Translations under genes and position numbers: made by a program
NCBI GenBank assembly: GCA_002686955.1
Contig: NYZA01000143.1
Coordinates: 6,974-70,973 of the forward strand
DNA: 64,000 bases
Source of the DNA: Gemmatimonadota bacterium
Lineage (GTDB): Bacteria; GCA-2686955
Direction: 5' to 3'
Shown: one piece after another, positions 18,036 to 26,942 of the stretch
Numbering within the stretch: position 1 is the stretch's first letter
How the letters are laid out: every line of letters begins with the position of its first letter
The notes under the pieces: model-generated
Databases searched by the model: none
Told to the model about the DNA's origin: nothing
What the model saw: the letters and a program-made list of their open reading frames with translations, nothing else

Positions 18036-19352
18036 GTGTCGCTCAGGTCATATCTCGATGAACTGGAACGTCTCAACGAGACCGAGGTTGTGACGACTAT
18101 CGCCGACACTCGATTCGAGATCGCCGGAGTGTTGAAAGCGCTGGAGAACCGACCCGTACACTTCAGAAATGTACCGGGTTGTGAATTCAGTGTCGCCGGT
18201 AACCTACTGGCCTCCAAGGAAGGGATCGCCCGGCACTTTGGAATCGAAGTCGATCGACTGATACAGTGGATCGCCAAGGGAATCGACCAGCCCTCTCCCC
18301 CTCGGCGGGTTCGAAGCGCCCCTTGCCAAGAGGTCGAAATGAACGAGATCGACCTCGATCGGCTCCCGATCCTTCTTCATGGCCACGACGACGGTGGTCG
18401 CTACATCACGTCCGGTGTATGTGTCGCTCGCCACCCCGACCTCGGCCAGAATCTCGACTTCCACCGCGCGATGCAGATCGGAAAGGATCGGCTGGCGCTG
18501 CGGATCGTGCGGCATCGGGACTTCGATCGTTTTCTCCGTGATCAGCAAGAGATGGATGTGGCCATCTGCATCGGCAACGGACCGAATGTGCTTCTCGCGG
18601 CGGCCACGAGTGTCGCTGGCGGCGGAGATGAGCTCGAGATCGCCAATACGCTCGAAGCGCTCGACGTGACGCGCGCCAAGAGCGCCGACCTGTGGATCCC
18701 CGCCGATTGCGAGATCGTTTTGGAAGGCAAGGTGCGCCTCGACGACCGCGCATCGGAGGGACCCTTCGTCGATCTGACCGAGACGCTCGATGTCGTGCGC
18801 ACCGAGCCGGTGATGACCGTCACGAGGATCACGCACCGTCGCGACGCGATCTGGCAGGCTCTGCTGCCCGGAGGGCTGGAGCACAAGCTTCTGATGGGCA
18901 TGCCGAGAGAGCCGACCATCTACAGGAATGTGCGAGAAGCCGGTGTCAATTGTCGCGATGTGAGCATCACTCCAGGTGGCTGTTCCTGGCTGCATGCGAT
19001 CATCAAGATTCGCAAGACCGGCGACGATGATGTCGCAAAAGCCCTCGATGCCGCGTTCGCGGGGCACCGCAGCTTGAAACACGCCTTCGTAGTCGACGAA
19101 GACATCGATATTCTCGATCCCATTGCCGTCGAATGGGCTTTCGCAACCCGGTTTCAGTTCGATCGGGACGTGTATCCACGAGAGATCGAAGCGGGATCCA
19201 GCCTCGATCCTTCGGCGGAGCCGGGTACGAAACGCACGGCGAAAGTGGGTTTCGATCTCACCGTCCCCTCCGGGACCGAAAGCGCACGCGAGAAGTTCGA
19301 GCATGCGCGCTTCCCCAGGGTTGATCTCAAGCGCTTCTTGGACAGGCAATGA
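18036..19352 (+). CDS. UbiD-family prFMN-dependent decarboxylase (candidate trans-anhydromevalonate-5-phosphate decarboxylase)
   Basis: 438 aa, UbiD-like throughout. It sits immediately between ubiX and the AcnX large subunit. The ATGA overlaps the next gene. Confidence 0.8.
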   Translation: MSLRSYLDELERLNETEVVTTIADTRFEIAGVLKALENRPVHFRNVPGCEFSVAGNLLASKEGIARHFGIEVDRLIQWIAKGIDQPSPPRRVRSAPCQEVEMNEIDLDRLPILLHGHDDGGRYITSGVCVARHPDLGQNLDFHRAMQIGKDRLALRIVRHRDFDRFLRDQQEMDVAICIGNGPNVLLAAATSVAGGGDELEIANTLEALDVTRAKSADLWIPADCEIVLEGKVRLDDRASEGPFVDLTETLDVVRTEPVMTVTRITHRRDAIWQALLPGGLEHKLLMGMPREPTIYRNVREAGVNCRDVSITPGGCSWLHAIIKIRKTGDDDVAKALDAAFAGHRSLKHAFVVDEDIDILDPIAVEWAFATRFQFDRDVYPREIEAGSSLDPSAEPGTKRTAKVGFDLTVPSGTESAREKFEHARFPRVDLKRFLDRQ

Positions 19353-20527
19353 AGCTGATCGGCCACGAAGAATCGATGCTCTCCGGCGCCGAAGGAAAGG
19401 CCGCACGAAAGTGCATGCAGATCCTGACCGCACTCGGCGAGATCTTCGGCGCGGAGAAGATGATCCCGGTCGAGACGGTTCAAATCTCGGGAGTTTCTTA
19501 CGACAATCTGGGCGACGCGGGGCTGGAGTTCTTGCGAGAGCTGGCCGCCGACGGCCGCGCGAAGGTGCCGACAACACTCAATCCCGCCGGCATGGATACA
19601 GAGGACTGGAGGGCGCTCGGCATCCCCGAGGATTTCGCCCGAAAGCAGACCGAGGTCATCGCGGCGTTCACCAAGATGGGTGTCGATGCGACCTGCTCCT
19701 GCACTCCCTACCTCATCGGCAATCTTCCGAAGCCTGGCGCCCATATCGCTTGGGGCGAAAGCTCCGCCGTCACCTTCGCGAATTCGGTCCTCGGCGCTCG
19801 AACGAACAAAGAGGGCGGTCCTAGCAGCGTCGCGGCGTCGCTAACGGGATGCACGCCGGCATACGGCCTGCACCTCGACGAGCATCGTCGTCCGAAGGTG
19901 CGTGTGATGCTGGAGACCGATCTCGAAACCAAGTTGGAGTTCGGAGCGTTCGGAAAGGCACTGGGGGAAGCGCTGGACGGCCGGATCCCCTTGATCGAAG
20001 GGATCTCGACGCGCCGCTGGGACCTTCTGAAAGCCCTCTGTGCCGCCTTCGCGACCTACGGAGGAGCCCCGATCTTCCATATCGCGGGGGGAACGAGTGA
20101 GCAGTGGAGCCCTCCGGCCGACGCGATTTCGATCGGCCGAGATGAGATCGTCCGGGCCGCGCGGGCGCTCGATGATGGGGCGGATCGGGTCGATTTCGTC
20201 TTCTTGGGCTGCCCTCATCTCTCGCTCGATGAGCTGCGAGAGATCGCGGAGCTGCTCCGCGGCAAGACCGTCACGAAGGAGCTCTGGCTCGGCGTGGCAC
20301 GGCGGATCAAAGAGCAGGCCGATGCGGCCGGAATCACCGAGATCTTGGTCGCCGCCGGAGCGAAGATGGCGTGTGATACCTGCCACGTCGTGGCGCCGCT
20401 GAGAGGTCGTTTCGATACCTTCGCGACCAACTCGGCCAAAGGGATCTACTACGGTCGCTCTAAGAACCGCTTCAAAAGTGTGTTTCGAACAACTGAAGAG
20501 TGCATTCGACTCGCGACGGAGAAGTAA
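19349..20527 (+). CDS. Aconitase-X catalytic (large) subunit, DUF521 (candidate phosphomevalonate dehydratase large subunit)
   Basis: ...IPVETVQISGVSYDNLGDAGLEFL...VPTTLNPAGMD...CSCTPYL...AWGESSAVTFANSVLGARTN... are DUF521/AcnX hallmark blocks. Confidence 0.8.
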   Translation: MKLIGHEESMLSGAEGKAARKCMQILTALGEIFGAEKMIPVETVQISGVSYDNLGDAGLEFLRELAADGRAKVPTTLNPAGMDTEDWRALGIPEDFARKQTEVIAAFTKMGVDATCSCTPYLIGNLPKPGAHIAWGESSAVTFANSVLGARTNKEGGPSSVAASLTGCTPAYGLHLDEHRRPKVRVMLETDLETKLEFGAFGKALGEALDGRIPLIEGISTRRWDLLKALCAAFATYGGAPIFHIAGGTSEQWSPPADAISIGRDEIVRAARALDDGADRVDFVFLGCPHLSLDELREIAELLRGKTVTKELWLGVARRIKEQADAAGITEILVAAGAKMACDTCHVVAPLRGRFDTFATNSAKGIYYGRSKNRFKSVFRTTEECIRLATEK

Positions 20528-20530
20528 AGG

Positions 20531-20920
20531 GTGCGAGGCAGAATCGTCTACGATGGTGTCGCGGAAGGGCCGGCGCTGGTGTCGACCGAAGCGATCGGTT
20601 TCTACGGCGGTGTCGATCCCGATACGGGACGAATCGTCGAGGCCGGGCACCCGCTCGAAGGATCGTCGGTGGCGGGAAAAGTCCTGGTCTTTCCGCAAGG
20701 CAAGGGCTCCACGGTAGGCTCCTACACACTCTATCGGCTCCGCAAGAATGGAGTCGCACCGAGCGCCATGATCAACGAGGAGTGTGAAACGGTCGTCGCC
20801 GTCGGTGCGATCATCTCCGAGATCCCCTGCGTCGACCAGATCTCCTTGGAACGGATCCGAAGCGGTGACCTGGTTCGGGTGAGGGGTAGTGAAGTCATGG
20901 TCGAAAGGAGAGAAGGGTGA
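20531..20920 (+). CDS. Aconitase-X swivel (small) subunit, DUF126
   Basis: 129 aa with a GTG start, 4 nt after the large-subunit stop. ...FYGGVDPDTGRIVEAGHPLEGSSVAGKVLVFPQGKGSTVGSY... is the DUF126 core. Confidence 0.75.
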   Translation: MRGRIVYDGVAEGPALVSTEAIGFYGGVDPDTGRIVEAGHPLEGSSVAGKVLVFPQGKGSTVGSYTLYRLRKNGVAPSAMINEECETVVAVGAIISEIPCVDQISLERIRSGDLVRVRGSEVMVERREG

Positions 20921-21735
20921 GCGCCTCCGTCGAAACGGTGATTCTGAAGATCGGCGGCAGCGTCATCACGAACAAGGACTCGAACCGATTCGAAATTCGT
21001 CGCGATGAAATCGGTCGCATCGCCTCCGAAATCGGTGCCGCGAGAGCCGCCAGGCCGATGCGCCTGGTCCTTGTACACGGTGCCGGCCCTTTCGGCCACA
21101 CGATGGTGACGAACTACGGAATCGCCGAAGGGGTTGGGGTCCCGAAAGGAATTGAAGGCTTCGTTAGAACCCACAATTCGATGCAAGATCTCAACTACGT
21201 ACTGATGTGTATCTTGCGCGACAAGGGGCTCCTGGGGTTTCCGATCCAACCCAGCGCCTGCATTCGCCAGAAGAGACGCGAGTTGATCTCGTTCGATACC
21301 GCGATCATCGCCGGTCTCCTCGACCTCGACGACGGAATCGTGCCGATTCTCTACGGCGACATGGTTCTCGACGAGTCGATCGGAGCAAGTGTCGTCTCGG
21401 GAGATGCGATCGTCGCTCATCTCGCGCCCGCTCTCCGAGCCGATCGAGTTCTTATGGGCACCGATGTCGAGGGCGTGTTCGAGGGCGATCCGAAGACCGA
21501 TCCCGCCGCCGCATCGATCCCCACGATCAGCGCCGAGAACCTCGATCGGGTGATGGAGTCGGTCCGCGGCGCGACGACGGTCGACGTCACCGGAGGGATG
21601 CAGAAGAAGCTGATCGAGATCCGCGACAAGCTCGGCGGAATCGGGGTCAAGATCTTCGACGCGCTCGCACCGGGCAACGTCGAAAGGGCACTCCTGGGTC
21701 GCCAGGTAGGAACGGAAATCAGTCTCCGTCGGTAG
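20917..21735 (+). CDS. Isopentenyl phosphate kinase (amino-acid-kinase fold)
   Basis: LKIGGSVIT, LVHGAGPFGH, SGDAIVAHLA, GTDVEGVF, DVTGGMQKKLIEI and ALLGRQVGTEI align block-for-block with archaeal IPK. GTG start with an AAGGAG RBS 7 nt upstream. Confidence 0.8.
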   Translation: MSASVETVILKIGGSVITNKDSNRFEIRRDEIGRIASEIGAARAARPMRLVLVHGAGPFGHTMVTNYGIAEGVGVPKGIEGFVRTHNSMQDLNYVLMCILRDKGLLGFPIQPSACIRQKRRELISFDTAIIAGLLDLDDGIVPILYGDMVLDESIGASVVSGDAIVAHLAPALRADRVLMGTDVEGVFEGDPKTDPAAASIPTISAENLDRVMESVRGATTVDVTGGMQKKLIEIRDKLGGIGVKIFDALAPGNVERALLGRQVGTEISLRR

Positions 21736-23656
21736 TGGGCCCCTCCGAGCGGCGCATCGTCCAGATCAGTGCTCTTTCGACGAGATCGGCCTCCTGCCTC
21801 CGCCCTTCTTCGGAGTAGGACGCACCGATTCGAGCCAGAAGTCTGTCGCGGGGTCCGCCCTTGCGGATCGCTTCGCGGTAGTCCCGGCGCGCTTCTGCTC
21901 TCTGACCGGAGATGGACAGAAGATTCGCACGCGTGGCGAGGAGCTCGTGCAGCGGTGCATGCGACAAGAAAGGGAGGACTCCGCCCGAATCGTCGGGCCA
22001 ACGCTCATGTAGATCGAGCATGCGGTCCACGATCGCCAGCGCTCTGGTCGTATCCCCCGCGTCGAGAACCGATTCGCCCCAGACACCCCATAGCTCGTCG
22101 TCGTAGCAGAGGGGCGCGGCGCCGGCGGCTACCATCCTCGCCTCGCCTGGGCGACCGGCGCGCAGTAGAGCGAATGATAGATGCAGCGGCAAGCGGGCGT
22201 AGAGAGGATCGAGGGAGTGGAGATCCTCGTAGGCCGACACCGCCTCGGTCCAGGCGCGAAGCCGCTCGTGCGCAATCCCGATTCGGTAGAGCAGGCGGGG
22301 ACTCCGGGGCTCCACGATGCGGGCCCGCTCGAGATGTGGGAGGGCTTCCGCCGGGCGGCCATGAATCAGGTGCCTTTCCGCGGCAAGCAGCTCCCCCTCC
22401 GTCCCCAGGGTGAAGCGCAGCTCTCGCGCACCGAGAAAGAGCGCCACCAGCCCGATCGGCGCCAGGATCGCGGCGCGCCCGATGCGGGTAGGGGTCCACG
22501 CGCGAGCGGATGGAGCGCCGAGCGCACCGAGGACGCCGACCATTCCCCAAAAAGGCAGCGCCACCGAGAACCAGCGCAGATTCGGACTCGCGAGCCCATC
22601 GACCGCGACGCCCGCGATCCCGGCGAGGAGCGCCGCGCGCCAGATCGCCTTCTCGTCCCCCTCGTCCCGATCTCGCATCGCCCGCCGGATGAGCAACAAG
22701 GCGAGCATCGCTAGGAGCCCGAGTCCGACGATCCCGAGCTCCGCGGCGACCTCCAACGCCTCGCAGTGCGCGTGGCCGGTGTTCGCCGTCAGATGGAGAA
22801 GGGGCGATTCCGGGGGACGCGCCGCCTGGATCGTTCTCGTGAAAGAGCCGAGGCCTTGGCCCAGCCTGGGTGCCTGCTCCACGAGCGAGAGAGCGCCGCG
22901 CCAGATCGTGCGCCGAACGAGCGCCGTTCCCGCGGGCCGAACGAAAAGCGCCCATGCCGCGGCGGCGGATCCGAACGCGGCCAGGGCCGCCAGGAGCGAG
23001 GTTCGCGGGTGGCGGGGATCCGCGAAGGCCTGCTGCACCAGAAGTGCCACCACCAGCCCCCCCAGCGCGGCCTCCGATCTTTGCGCGACGAGCACGATCA
23101 GCATGACTGCCAGAGCCCAATGGCCGATCCGCTTGCCGCGGGCACGGACCAGTGCGATCGGAATCCAGGGCAGGATCGAAGCGGCCAGCACATTCGGATT
23201 GCCCGCGGCGGCCCCCATAGATCGAATCCCGTCCCAGAAACGGGGAAAGGGAAGGGTCGCCAACACCGGAAGAACTACCAAAAAGGGGCGCAACATCGAC
23301 CGGGGCTCGATCCCGAGCAGCGCCACAAGAGCGAAAGCGATGCCGCTGTGGTGGAGAAGCAGGGCTTGCCGCACCCGCGGATCGACCGGCGCGCCAAAGG
23401 CGCGAATCCAGCCCCATGCGCCGCAAGCGAGCAGCATAAACGCGATGGCGCGCGATGCCCCCCGCGCTACATCTTTGCGCATCGCCGCTCCGAGGCAGAG
23501 AGCGCCGACACCCAAGGCCGCGATCGCACCTTTGATGCGAACCGGCTCGAGATGCTCCGGATGGTACGCGACCGCAACCGTCGCCATCAGCAACGCGGCG
23601 GCGAGGCCGAGGCGATCGGTGGCGCTCTTCGTACTCGATTCCTTCGATTTGAACAT
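21719..23656 (-). CDS. O-antigen ligase (Wzy_C) family membrane protein with C-terminal TPR repeats
   Basis: Polytopic N-terminus with a periplasmic loop ...TANTGHAHCEALEVAAELGIVG... (the O-antigen ligase H-motif). The last ~200 aa are TPR-like. 645 aa. Confidence 0.6.
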   Translation of the reverse strand: MFKSKESSTKSATDRLGLAAALLMATVAVAYHPEHLEPVRIKGAIAALGVGALCLGAAMRKDVARGASRAIAFMLLACGAWGWIRAFGAPVDPRVRQALLLHHSGIAFALVALLGIEPRSMLRPFLVVLPVLATLPFPRFWDGIRSMGAAAGNPNVLAASILPWIPIALVRARGKRIGHWALAVMLIVLVAQRSEAALGGLVVALLVQQAFADPRHPRTSLLAALAAFGSAAAAWALFVRPAGTALVRRTIWRGALSLVEQAPRLGQGLGSFTRTIQAARPPESPLLHLTANTGHAHCEALEVAAELGIVGLGLLAMLALLLIRRAMRDRDEGDEKAIWRAALLAGIAGVAVDGLASPNLRWFSVALPFWGMVGVLGALGAPSARAWTPTRIGRAAILAPIGLVALFLGARELRFTLGTEGELLAAERHLIHGRPAEALPHLERARIVEPRSPRLLYRIGIAHERLRAWTEAVSAYEDLHSLDPLYARLPLHLSFALLRAGRPGEARMVAAGAAPLCYDDELWGVWGESVLDAGDTTRALAIVDRMLDLHERWPDDSGGVLPFLSHAPLHELLATRANLLSISGQRAEARRDYREAIRKGGPRDRLLARIGASYSEEGRRQEADLVERALIWTMRRSEGPTTDGD

Positions 23657-23701
23657 CCGACGGGAATCCTACCCCGGAACCCTCCCCCCGACCGCGAGAT
23701 G

Positions 23702-25045
23702 TATGCTCCCCGCATGGCCCATGGACTCCTAGTCGAATCGCTCGATCCCTCCGGCAACGGCGCACGCTTCGGCATTCGCCCCGGCGATCGCCTCGTTTCG
23801 CTCAACGGCTCCGAAGTGAACGACGAAATCGACCTGCTCTTCCATTTCGAAAGCGACGAATCGAACGAGCTCGAATTCGCGAGAGAAGGCGATCGCAGAT
23901 CGGTGACGTTGCCGGCGGGTGATGCAGGCATCGAATGGCGGGAATCGGAGATCCGCCTTTGCAGCAATAAATGTGTCTTCTGCTACGTGCATCAGAATCG
24001 CAAGGGGATGCGCAAGGCGATCTATGTGATGGATGAAGACATCCGCCTCTCCTTCCTCTACGGCGGCTTCACCACACTCTCGAATCTGACCGACGCCGAC
24101 CGAAACCGAATCATCGCCCAACGTCTGTCCCCACTCTACGTATCGGTTCACGCCACCGACGAGCTGGTGCGCGCATCGATGCTCCGCGCACGGTCCCGCG
24201 CCAATCCGACCGCGATCCTCGACGATATCGACTTTTTCGTGGAAAAAGGCATCGAGCTTCACACGCAGGCGGTGATCTGCCCCGGCATCAACGACGGCGA
24301 AGTGCTCGAGCGCACGATCAACGACCTCGCGGCGCGGCGCCCGGTCCTGCGCAGCCTGGCCTGCGTACCGGTGGGGCTGACCGGTCATCGCAAGAACCTG
24401 CCCCTCATGCGCCCTTTCGACACCGAATCGGCGCGTGTCGAGATTGCCCGCATCGAACGACTCGCGCGGGAGCTCGACGAACCCTTCGTGTACGCGGCCG
24501 ATGAGTTCTACTGCATCGTCGGCATCGAACCACCGCCGCTCGAGCACTACGGCGATTGGGAGCAGCTCGACAACGGTGTCGGCCTGATCCGTTACTGGGA
24601 AGAGATCGTGCGCGAGGCGAACGAAGCTCTGATCGCGCCTCGGTCGCCGCGTCGCGTTCTCGCCCTCACGGGTGTGTCGGCTCGGTCTTTCGTCGGAGAC
24701 AACCTCGCACCGGCCATTTCCGACACTCTCGAAATCCGGGTCGCATCGGTGCGCAATACCCTCTTCGGTGAATCGGTTACTGTCGCGAATCTGCTGAGCG
24801 GCGAAGATCTGCTGCGAGGGATAGAAAGGAGCAGAGCAAGCGGCTTCGATCCCGACCTCGTTCTGCTGCCGCCGAAGATCTTGAACGAGGACCAGCTTTT
24901 TCTCGACGATCTGCCCTTCGGGGAGGCCCGTGCGCTAGCCGCTACCGAGCTACTTCCGGCGCCCGAAGATCCCTCGCTTCTCGCCGAGGCTCTCGGCTAT
25001 CGGGGTCCGGTATTCGACAAGGGAGAAAGCGAGAAAGGCCGGTAG
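23702..25045 (+). CDS. PDZ plus DUF512 radical-SAM-like protein
   Basis: N-terminal PDZ (...FGIRPGDRLVSLNGSEVND...) followed by CSNKCVFCYV (C-x3-C-x2-C). The overall layout is that of the DUF512 family. Start at 23702 or 23714. The 5' part of ORF 22766.. is antisense to the ligase. Confidence 0.6.
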   Translation, partial: YAPRMAHGLLVESLDPSGNGARFGIRPGDRLVSLNGSEVNDEIDLLFHFESDESNELEFAREGDRRSVTLPAGDAGIEWRESEIRLCSNKCVFCYVHQNRKGMRKAIYVMDEDIRLSFLYGGFTTLSNLTDADRNRIIAQRLSPLYVSVHATDELVRASMLRARSRANPTAILDDIDFFVEKGIELHTQAVICPGINDGEVLERTINDLAARRPVLRSLACVPVGLTGHRKNLPLMRPFDTESARVEIARIERLARELDEPFVYAADEFYCIVGIEPPPLEHYGDWEQLDNGVGLIRYWEEIVREANEALIAPRSPRRVLALTGVSARSFVGDNLAPAISDTLEIRVASVRNTLFGESVTVANLLSGEDLLRGIERSRASGFDPDLVLLPPKILNEDQLFLDDLPFGEARALAATELLPAPEDPSLLAEALGYRGPVFDKGESEKGR

Positions 25046-26283
25046 CGAACCGGCGCCAATGACGAGTTCATCCGATCGTCGTAGATCCGGGCCGGAACTC
25101 TGCCGGCATCCGCTGTGCCCCAGTAGTTTCCGACCGCGTCGATCGAATCCGGCCTGGCGTTTTTCGGCGTCGTGAGCGCGTGGTCGGAAGAGCTGGAAAA
25201 GTTGTTGCTACTGATGAGCGGGAAACAGTTCAACGCCAGACCGACATCGGTACCGAGCGTCGCCTGGAACTCGTTCCATTCCACTCGCATGCCGTTCGGG
25301 GCGACGGAGCAATGGGCTGCTTCGATGCCGGCACCATTGCCATCGAATAGATTGCGGACGATCACCGGCACCGAGTTGTAACTGATCTCGATGCCGATAC
25401 TGCAATCGAGAAAGCGGCTATCCGCCACGACGGTCTCGCTGTTCGATAGCACTACACCCGATTGCGCGCAATTGGAAATCACGCAGGAAGCGATCGAGCA
25501 GGGTGCGGCGTCGAAAAGCTCGACGCCATAGGTCGCGCCGGCGATCGTACAGTCGGTGAGCGTCACCGGCGACCCGCTCGAATAGACGGCAACGCGCCCC
25601 ATACCGGTGAAGCTGCAGGCATCGATCGTCGCATTCACGTTCTCGGCAAGCGACAGTCCTTCATAGAGATCGGAGAATCGCACGCCCCGAAATCGATGCG
25701 GCCCCGAGCCCGCTTCGAGGAGCACCGCACCGTCTCCGGACGGCGCCCCGGTGATCTCGATCGGCGCCTCGTCCGACTCCGCGCGGATCACCCCTTCCAC
25801 TCGAAGCTCCGCTTCGGTTCCAAGCACCAGACGGGTCCCGGCGGCCAAACTGAGCGTGCTGCCCGCGTCGATCGTGAGATCCCCGCCCAGGAAGTAGCTT
25901 CGGTCCGCGTCCAAATCGGCCCCTCCGACTCCCATGGCGCCCTGGAGCTCTCTCTCCTCCAGGAGCACGATTTCGCCCAGATCGGTCGGCTCCTGGTTTT
26001 CCACGACGACCTCGCGGCGGCGGGTCAGTCCGTGGCCCAAGAACTCCACCTCGATCTCATAGGTCCCATCGTCCAAGGGCCCCAGCTCGAAACGCCCGGC
26101 GCCATCGGAGGTAGTCGTTCGACCAGAGGTCGAGACCAGGGCTGATGCGGCGGCATCGCCGTCTTCCAGGCTCAAGAGTCCCTCGATCCCGCCCTGTGAA
26201 TCGGGCCCCGGTGGCTCGACGGAGCAGGCGGCGAGGAGCATCGCAATGATCGGCGCGATCGCGCGCGTGAGGTGGCGGCGCAT
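24997..26283 (-). CDS. Lipoprotein with carboxypeptidase-regulatory-like domain and right-handed parallel beta-helix repeats
   Basis: Lipobox ...IAMLLAACS at the Met encoded at 26283. GRFELGPLDDGTYEIEV is a CarbopepD_reg-like region. Repeats such as NATIDACSFTG...VTLTDCTIAG...CSIASCVISNC are PbH1-type. Confidence 0.5.
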   Translation of the reverse strand: MRRHLTRAIAPIIAMLLAACSVEPPGPDSQGGIEGLLSLEDGDAAASALVSTSGRTTTSDGAGRFELGPLDDGTYEIEVEFLGHGLTRRREVVVENQEPTDLGEIVLLEERELQGAMGVGGADLDADRSYFLGGDLTIDAGSTLSLAAGTRLVLGTEAELRVEGVIRAESDEAPIEITGAPSGDGAVLLEAGSGPHRFRGVRFSDLYEGLSLAENVNATIDACSFTGMGRVAVYSSGSPVTLTDCTIAGATYGVELFDAAPCSIASCVISNCAQSGVVLSNSETVVADSRFLDCSIGIEISYNSVPVIVRNLFDGNGAGIEAAHCSVAPNGMRVEWNEFQATLGTDVGLALNCFPLISSNNFSSSSDHALTTPKNARPDSIDAVGNYWGTADAGRVPARIYDDRMNSSLAPVRYRPFSLSPLSNTGPR

Positions 26284-26395
26284 GGCTGTTCTCCGTGACG
26301 GTTCATCGATCTCTTCGGCCCGATTCCAGGAAGCTCGATTCGACGGCACCCCCTTCGCGCTATGCTGCACGGAATCCCCTGAATCGAGGCCCCTC

Positions 26396-26809
26396 ATGAG
26401 CATCATGCCCTGCTCCGTCGATCAACGCGACGCGATGTTGCGCCACAACCTAAGGCTCGATCCCGATCTTCCCCGCGAGCTCCGGAACTTTCTCAGCTTT
26501 CGCGGGGCGGAGGTCGACATCGTCGATTCAAGCCGGGCGAAAGACCCCTCGCGCGCGGCGGAGGCGATCCGCGACAAACGCGTTCTTCTCAGCTTCGATT
26601 CATCCCTCGCGGAGATCGCCGAGCCACCGCGCAGGGGTAGGAGCGGCGGCATCGTCGTATTTCGCCTTCGCGACAAGCGCTGGGCGACTCTCGAGCCGGC
26701 GGTCCTGAGGCTCCTCGACCGATTCGAACCGGGCCTGCTCGAAGGCGCGGTGACGATTGTCGAAGATGCGGGGATCGAACGACGCGAGCTGAAGGCGAAG
26801 CGACACTAG
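26396..26809 (+). CDS. DUF5615 (Mut7-C/PIN-like) protein, solitary
   Basis: ...LDPDLPRELRNFLSFRGAEVDIV...VLLSFDSSLAEIAEP...GGIVVFRL... follows the DUF5615 pattern (DENLPxxL...GHDV...ILLTxDxDF...G.I.LR). No DUF433 partner is adjacent. Start at 26396 or 26435. Confidence 0.45.
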   Translation: MSIMPCSVDQRDAMLRHNLRLDPDLPRELRNFLSFRGAEVDIVDSSRAKDPSRAAEAIRDKRVLLSFDSSLAEIAEPPRRGRSGGIVVFRLRDKRWATLEPAVLRLLDRFEPGLLEGAVTIVEDAGIERRELKAKRH

Positions 26810-26829
26810 GACTCGTTCAATCCCAGCTA

Positions 26830-26918
26830 AGGGTTCGCGCAAGAGTAACTTGTCATTTGGCATCCCATCTGCCCCACATCTGGGCGCCAAGATGACAAGT
26901 TATTCTTGCGCGAACCCT
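26830..26918. repeat. 27-bp inverted repeat (1 mismatch) with 35-nt loop; AT-rich palindromic element between the DUF5615 gene and der
   Basis: Arm 1, 26830-26856: agggttcgcgcaagagtaacttgtcat. Arm 2, 26892-26918: atgacaagttattcttgcgcgaaccct, which is the reverse complement apart from c/t at one position. The 5' flank gctaagggttcgc also occurs at 3798-3810. Confidence 0.6.
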
Positions 26919-26942
26919 AACCGAGCAGCCGAGAACGCAAAT

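Noticed and set aside
22005-23765. 586-aa (-) and 440-aa (+) ORFs overlapping the O-antigen-ligase gene
   Set aside because: Arg/Ala/Gly-rich shadow frames. The ligase frame alone shows TM helices, the Wzy_C motif and TPRs.
24997-25045. 49-bp convergent overlap between DUF512 gene end and lipoprotein gene end (and similar 106-bp overlap at 58640-58745)
   Set aside because: Probably just C-terminal overlaps, or over-extension of one ORF in high-GC DNA. Not treated as a functional antisense feature.
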